64,000 nt of DNA from an uncultured Gemmatimonadota bacterium (GTDB taxonomy: Bacteria; Gemmatimonadota; CAZMKB01; CAZNLH01): the NCBI GenBank assembly GCA_964573995.1, contig CAZNLH010000002.1:25060-89059 (forward strand), in the 5' to 3' direction. Made by a program: the position numbers and the translations under genes. This document shows, one piece after another, positions 59,159 through 64,000 of this stretch. A model generated the notes under the pieces. That model saw only the letters and a list, made by a program, of their open reading frames with translations. It did no database searches and was not told the origin of the DNA. Position 1 is the stretch's first letter. Each line of letters opens with the position of its first letter.

Positions 59159-62100
59159 TTGCACCCACGAGCATTGATCCTGCGGATCATCGCCTTGACC
59201 TTCATTGTAACCATCTCCTCCCAGCACGGCCCACTCCGTGGGGCAACCACGTTCCCGGAGCAGGCAATGAGGCCCAGGATGCGGTGCATCGGATTCAATA
59301 CCGAGGCGGAGGCCGCCAGGCGGTTTATGGAGGGGGTCCCCCTCGAGCAGGCCCCCGGTTTGAAGATGACTCCAGTGAGGCATCACGTGGCCGTTATCCT
59401 CGCAGAATTCCCACCTGACCAGGATGAACTCACTACGGGAACAGGCAGGTTCGGGGACCTCCCGTTCTATATGCCCGACCCCGACAGTGCCCGGGCGGCC
59501 CAGGGTTTTGTCGTAAGGGACTCGTCCATCAACAGTCGCTCGCGGGCCTATTACGCCCGCCACCTCCTCTGGATGGCCCAGTATTTTTCCGCAGTCTCGG
59601 GCGGGCTCTTCACCATCGAGGAGCCCGACACGCTGGTCGACATTACGCCGATCATACAGGTGCCGAACGAGATGGGATATTACGGGGATGACGATCCCGC
59701 CCTATTCGCAATGAGGCAGACGGAGTTCGTGCGTGACGCGATAGTGGCGGCGGACACCCTCTCGGACCTTGATTTCTCCCAATATGATGCCGTGATGGTC
59801 TTTCATGCGGGCGCGGGTGAGGAGTCCGATTTTGGCCCTCCCCCCTCGTATTCTGGAGATACGCCCAACGATCTCTTCTCTTCCTATATCCCATTCGAGG
59901 CGCTCAAGACCTATGTCGGTGGAAACGATCCCGCGTACCAGGGGATCGAGACCATGGGTCCTGGGGGATCCGAGTATTACGTTAGGAACGCGATCATCTT
60001 ACCGGAGACGATCATCCAGGACAGTATTTATAATCCATCTGCGGTCTACCTCGATATCCTGGGAGTCATGGCTCACGAATACGGCCATCAATTGGGCCTG
60101 CCAGACCTGAACGATACCGATACCCCCACGCGGCCGGCCGTGGGAAACTTCGGGCTGATGGCCTCCGGGCTCTTTAATTCGTCGGGGCGCCTGCCGGCAC
60201 AGCCGATCGCCTGGTCGAAACTGTTCCTGGGTTGGGAGACCGCGGAGACCATTACCATGGATACAACAGGCGTGATCTTGAAGGGTATAGAGGAACCCGG
60301 AGAGGGGGCGAAACTACTGAAGGTGCCGATCTCATCCTCCGAGTATTTTCTCTTGGAGAACCGACTGCGCGACAGTAACTTCGATGGTGAATTCCGCTTC
60401 GACGACAGGGACGGCGACAACTGGCCCGACCTGATGGATGATGACTACCAACTCGATGACGGCACCTATTCCGAGTTCGACTTCGGCTTACCTGGGATAC
60501 TGACCGTCAACCCAGGCACAGGTCAACCCTATGACAACCCCCTGCTCGGTTCGGGTGTGCTGATCTGGCACGTAGATGACGAGGTGATTCGCAACAACTT
60601 CAACCTCAACTACACCGAGAACTGCGTCAATTGTGATGTCTTTCACCCGGGCATCGACTTGGAGGAGGCCGATGGTATCCAGCACCTCGATGAAACGCTG
60701 CCGGCAACCATCGATCCCGGTTACGGCTCTCCGTTCGACTCCTACGGCGGCGGCGTAGAGGGAATCAAGGATAGCCCGAACACGGACTTCTCCAGCGGGA
60801 CCTCTCCCTCATCGGGGAGTTACACGGGTGGGCCGAGTGAGATCGCGATCAGGGGCTTTCGATCCCACACGCGCGGCGAGCCGGGTGAGGCCCTGGTTGA
60901 TTCCCTGGTCGAAGTTGACGTCTCCTTTGGCCGGTCGGTTGCCGGCTGGCCCGTACGTGTGAGTTCACAGGACGATTTCGATTTCGACCTCGAGCCGGAT
61001 GTCTTCGGCGGGAATGGAATCTGCGCGGCGGATATCGATGGGGATGGCCTGGTGGAGATAGCAAGTGTCACCCGGCAGGGAGACCTCTTCCTCTGGCGGG
61101 GTGATGGGACGAATTATATCGGGGGAGATCGATCCATCTCTCCGTTTTACTCGACCGGGGGCCTGATAGATGGGACTCCCGCCATGGGAGACCTGGATGG
61201 TGACGGAAGGATGGATATAGTCGTTGTGAGTGAGGACGGCTCCATCTATGCAATATCCGCTGAAAAGGGGCATGGGGCCGAGTTATTGGGCGACTTCCCA
61301 GTACAACTGGGAGAGCGCGTGACGTCCTCTCCCCTATTGCTCGACCTCGACTCCCCCCCGGATGGGGTGGTCGATCGTATTATCGTCGGCACCAATCCCT
61401 CCGATGGGTCCGATGGCAAGGTATATGCCATCATGCCGGATGGAAGTATACCCGATGGCTGGCCGGTCGATGTCGTCGGGGCAATCTTTGCAACCCCGGC
61501 TGCGGGAGACCTCGACAGGAACGGGGAGGTCGATATCGTGGCCGGTACGAGTTCCGGGTACTTATATCGTATCGGTCGGGATGGAGTAGTGCAGTGGAGC
61601 CGGTCGGAGGCTGGAGAGTCGTTCGCCGTTTCACCGAGCCTCGGAGATATAGACCGTGATGGTGACGCAGACAGGGATAATATCGCGGAGAGGTTGGGTG
61701 ATATGGAGGTGGTCGTCGGCTCTCAATCGGGACGGATCTATGCCTATAAATCGGACGGCCGGGAATTCGGCGGCGGCCCGCTGGACACTGGGGGGACGAT
61801 CAAGGTCCCACTGGCCCTTGGGGATATCGACGGCGACGGGTTTGTCGAGATCGTTGCCCTGGTCGACGGGGAACGGAAGGTGGCGGTTTATCGTTCGAAC
61901 TCAAGCAGGAGCAGCCTCACCGGCGTAGATAATTTCCCCAAGTACGTTTCGTCGTCCGTCTCCGGGGATTTCTTCTCGCCTCCCCTCCTCGCTGACCTCG
62001 ACAGGGATGGGAAGGAGGAGATAGTCTTCGGCACGGGGAGCGACCTCGTCTACGCCTATGACCTGGGCGGGAACACGACACCGCTAATGCACTTTCCGAT

Positions 62101-62626
62101 GGGTGGAAGGGGGCTGAGCGCGCCATTTATCGGGGCAAGCCCTGGAGATACCCTTGCGATCTTCGCCGCGGATGACCGCGGCATGGTCTATGGCTGGCGA
62201 CTCGATGTACCTTATACGGATATGTCCCTTTCATGGGCCCAGGAAGGCCGGGACCCCTTTCATACTGCCGCAAATGGTGACAGTTTGGGTATCAGTAGTG
62301 GAGGAGAGCCCCCTCCCTTCGCAGCAGGGACCTTTACCATTTATCCCAATCCTGCGCCGGGGAGAGATGAGACTCGAACGGTAAAGATCACGTACAGCCT
62401 CGATGAGTCGATTTCAGGCCTGGACCTCGATATATATACACTCTCTGGTCGACATTTCATGAAGATCGTACCACCATCTCCGTCGTTTCTCCTCCCCGAT
62501 GCGCGGCATGTACTCGACTGGGACATTACAGGTGTCCCGAGCGGGGTATATATCCTGAGGCTCTCCATAGAAAAGATGGATGGGCGGAGGGAGCACCTGA
62601 TCAAGAAGGCTGCAATAGTCAAGTAA
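59159..62626 (+). CDS. secreted M6-like zinc metalloprotease with FG-GAP repeats and a T9SS C-terminal sorting domain
   Basis: TTG start with a signal peptide. HEYGHQLGLPD zinc-binding motif in an M6/immune-inhibitor-A-like domain. At least six FG-GAP-type Ca-binding repeats (DIDGDGLVEI, GDLDGDGRMDIVV, GDLDRNGEVDIVAG, GDIDGDGFVEIVAL, ADLDRDGKEEIVFG). The C-terminal 90 aa match the T9SS type A sorting-domain pattern (FTIYPNPAPG ... LDIYTLSGRHF ... SGVYILRL ... KKAAIVK). Confidence 0.75.
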   Translation: MHPRALILRIIALTFIVTISSQHGPLRGATTFPEQAMRPRMRCIGFNTEAEAARRFMEGVPLEQAPGLKMTPVRHHVAVILAEFPPDQDELTTGTGRFGDLPFYMPDPDSARAAQGFVVRDSSINSRSRAYYARHLLWMAQYFSAVSGGLFTIEEPDTLVDITPIIQVPNEMGYYGDDDPALFAMRQTEFVRDAIVAADTLSDLDFSQYDAVMVFHAGAGEESDFGPPPSYSGDTPNDLFSSYIPFEALKTYVGGNDPAYQGIETMGPGGSEYYVRNAIILPETIIQDSIYNPSAVYLDILGVMAHEYGHQLGLPDLNDTDTPTRPAVGNFGLMASGLFNSSGRLPAQPIAWSKLFLGWETAETITMDTTGVILKGIEEPGEGAKLLKVPISSSEYFLLENRLRDSNFDGEFRFDDRDGDNWPDLMDDDYQLDDGTYSEFDFGLPGILTVNPGTGQPYDNPLLGSGVLIWHVDDEVIRNNFNLNYTENCVNCDVFHPGIDLEEADGIQHLDETLPATIDPGYGSPFDSYGGGVEGIKDSPNTDFSSGTSPSSGSYTGGPSEIAIRGFRSHTRGEPGEALVDSLVEVDVSFGRSVAGWPVRVSSQDDFDFDLEPDVFGGNGICAADIDGDGLVEIASVTRQGDLFLWRGDGTNYIGGDRSISPFYSTGGLIDGTPAMGDLDGDGRMDIVVVSEDGSIYAISAEKGHGAELLGDFPVQLGERVTSSPLLLDLDSPPDGVVDRIIVGTNPSDGSDGKVYAIMPDGSIPDGWPVDVVGAIFATPAAGDLDRNGEVDIVAGTSSGYLYRIGRDGVVQWSRSEAGESFAVSPSLGDIDRDGDADRDNIAERLGDMEVVVGSQSGRIYAYKSDGREFGGGPLDTGGTIKVPLALGDIDGDGFVEIVALVDGERKVAVYRSNSSRSSLTGVDNFPKYVSSSVSGDFFSPPLLADLDRDGKEEIVFGTGSDLVYAYDLGGNTTPLMHFPMGGRGLSAPFIGASPGDTLAIFAADDRGMVYGWRLDVPYTDMSLSWAQEGRDPFHTAANGDSLGISSGGEPPPFAAGTFTIYPNPAPGRDETRTVKITYSLDESISGLDLDIYTLSGRHFMKIVPPSPSFLLPDARHVLDWDITGVPSGVYILRLSIEKMDGRREHLIKKAAIVK

Positions 62627-62643
62627 AAGAAGGAGAAGTATTC

Positions 62644-63573
62644 GTGTCGATACCATCCGCGCCCATTCGTCGAGTCCGTCAACTCTGGCCCATCCTCTGC
62701 GTGGTTGCCCTGTCACCGGCGATCGGCAGGGCCGAGGTGATCAACGGTCTTGATTTCTTGAATATAGGTATCGGTTCAAGGGCCGCCGCCATGGGGGGAG
62801 CCTTCGTGGCTGTATCGGATGACGCCTCGGCGGCCTACTGGAACCCTGCGGGGTTGAGCAGGGTGCGGTCTCAGGTCATGTTCGCGCACAATGCCTACAT
62901 CGTCGACATGAAGCAGGAATACCTGTCGCTGGCGAGCCACATTGGTCCTTGGGCGCTTGCCGGTTCGTTCAATATCTTCGACGTAGGATCGATCGAAAGG
63001 CGTGACGAGGCCGGGAACCTGGTAGGTAAATTCCGCCCCTTCGACCTGGCGGTCGGGTTCTCCACCGCTTATGAAGTCAGGGACGGACTGAGCCTGGGGG
63101 CCACAGCAAAGGGGATCATCTCGGATATAGATGTCCAGACTGCCACTGGTATCTTGGTGGATATCGGTGCACTGTGGGAGAGTGGCATCGAGGGCCTTTC
63201 CCTCGGTTTGAACGTCAAGAACCTGGGTCCGTCGCTCACCTTCATCAGCGAGCCGTTCGACGCGCCACTCGCCGTACGCGGGGGAGTCGCCTATCAATAT
63301 AGCCTGTCGTCCGCGAACAGCCGGATCGTACTTTCGCTCGACGTAGAAAGGATGAGAGGGGGGGATGTGGAGACATCGGTGGGAGGGGAATGGTATTACG
63401 GCAGGTATCTGGCTGGACGCCTTGGATTGAGGCCAAACGCCGATACGAGGGATTTTACTGCCGGCCTTGGAGCACATTACCGTGATTTTATCATCGATTA
63501 CGCCTTCGTCCCCTTCTCCTCCGACCTGGGGAGCGCCCATCGTATCGGTGTGACCTATCTCTTCCATCGGTAG
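62644..63573 (+). CDS. PorV/PorQ-family outer-membrane beta-barrel protein (FadL-like)
   Basis: GTG start 6 nt after an AAGGAGAAG ribosome-binding site. Signal peptide. Family signature GIGSRAAAMGGAFVAVSDDASAAYWNPAGL and a C-terminal aromatic end (VTYLFHR). Confidence 0.7.
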   Translation: MSIPSAPIRRVRQLWPILCVVALSPAIGRAEVINGLDFLNIGIGSRAAAMGGAFVAVSDDASAAYWNPAGLSRVRSQVMFAHNAYIVDMKQEYLSLASHIGPWALAGSFNIFDVGSIERRDEAGNLVGKFRPFDLAVGFSTAYEVRDGLSLGATAKGIISDIDVQTATGILVDIGALWESGIEGLSLGLNVKNLGPSLTFISEPFDAPLAVRGGVAYQYSLSSANSRIVLSLDVERMRGGDVETSVGGEWYYGRYLAGRLGLRPNADTRDFTAGLGAHYRDFIIDYAFVPFSSDLGSAHRIGVTYLFHR

Positions 63574-63633
63574 CCCCATGTGGAGTGGTTTCCACAATTC
63601 TTTTCAATGTGACCAATCTCGAGGGCCTATCGC

Positions 63634-64000
63634 ATGAAGATTGCCGTAACGGGACTTCAAAATTCCGGTAAGACCACGGTGTTCAACGCCCTAACGGGCC
63701 TGAACCTCCCTGCCACTCCCTATCCGTCTGTAGTAGAAGAGCCGGGAATCGGCGTGGTAAGGGTACCGGACCAGAGGGTGAAGTATCTTGCTTCCTTGTA
63801 CAAGCCCAGGAAGACGACTTATTCCACAGTAGAGTATATCGATTACAATGGGCTGATCCCCGGTGACCTGGAACACAACAAGAAGGTGTTCGATTTAATT
63901 CTTAATTCGGATGCAGTCGTGCGGGTGGTCCGTGCCTTCGACGATGAGGCCATCGCCCACCCAGGTGGGGGGGTCGACCCGAAGCGGGATGGAGGTTTCA
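63634..64000 (+). CDS. ychF: Obg-like ATPase YchF (ribosome-binding ATPase), N-terminal part; the 3' end lies beyond the window
   Basis: MKIAVTGLQNSGKTTVFNALTG P-loop at the N-terminus. The ORF runs off the end of the window. Confidence 0.7.
   Translation, partial: MKIAVTGLQNSGKTTVFNALTGLNLPATPYPSVVEEPGIGVVRVPDQRVKYLASLYKPRKTTYSTVEYIDYNGLIPGDLEHNKKVFDLILNSDAVVRVVRAFDDEAIAHPGGGVDPKRDGGF

Noticed and set aside
1-64000. A search for CRISPR arrays, rRNA, tRNA, transposase or integrase genes and phage structural genes.
   Set aside because: No short direct-repeat arrays, no rRNA- or tRNA-like conserved stretches, and no ORF with transposase or integrase motifs (DDE, tyrosine recombinase) were seen anywhere in the window.

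Overview
The window is a 64-kb, high-GC (about 58-60%), gene-dense chromosomal segment. Its content points to a diderm bacterium, probably of the FCB superphylum (inference). The pointers are an Omp85-family barrel, LptD-like, TolQ/TolR/TolB/CpoB and BamB-like genes, a cargo protein ending in a clear type IX secretion (T9SS) C-terminal sorting domain, and an adjacent PorV/PorQ-like outer-membrane protein. There is a long conserved housekeeping backbone on the plus strand: nusA-infB-DUF503-rbfA-truB-ribF-rpsO-pnp-ald, then a ParA-like ATPase, NAPRTase, mreB-mreC-mreD-mrdA-rodA, then ssb, an NSS transporter, a radical SAM gene, rpmB, two sugar-nucleotide enzymes, the tolQRAB-cpoB cluster, nrdR, tatC and an LptD-like gene. 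Between these lie regions that look accessory. First, a 970-aa protein fuses an HExxH peptidase-like domain and a PD40 beta-propeller to an Omp85/BamA-type barrel, and converges on a tightly overlapped three-gene operon of secreted beta-propeller and PEGA lipoproteins. Second, two tandem paralogous secreted proteins of an unrecognised family sit in AT-rich flanks. Third, there is a sigma-54-activator-like response regulator whose ATPase, GAFTGA and Walker B motifs are all degenerate. Fourth, there is a large M6-like metalloprotease with FG-GAP repeats and a T9SS sorting domain. Fifth, a roughly 130-nt hairpin-containing element is present in two copies, both in convergent intergenic regions. 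No rRNA, tRNA, CRISPR array or recognisable transposase was seen. In this GC-rich DNA many long antisense shadow ORFs appear in the six-frame track and were rejected. Exact start codons are often uncertain, with several TTG or GTG starts and ATGA/GTGA/TTGA stop-start overlaps. All functional calls rest on motif recognition by eye, not on database searches.
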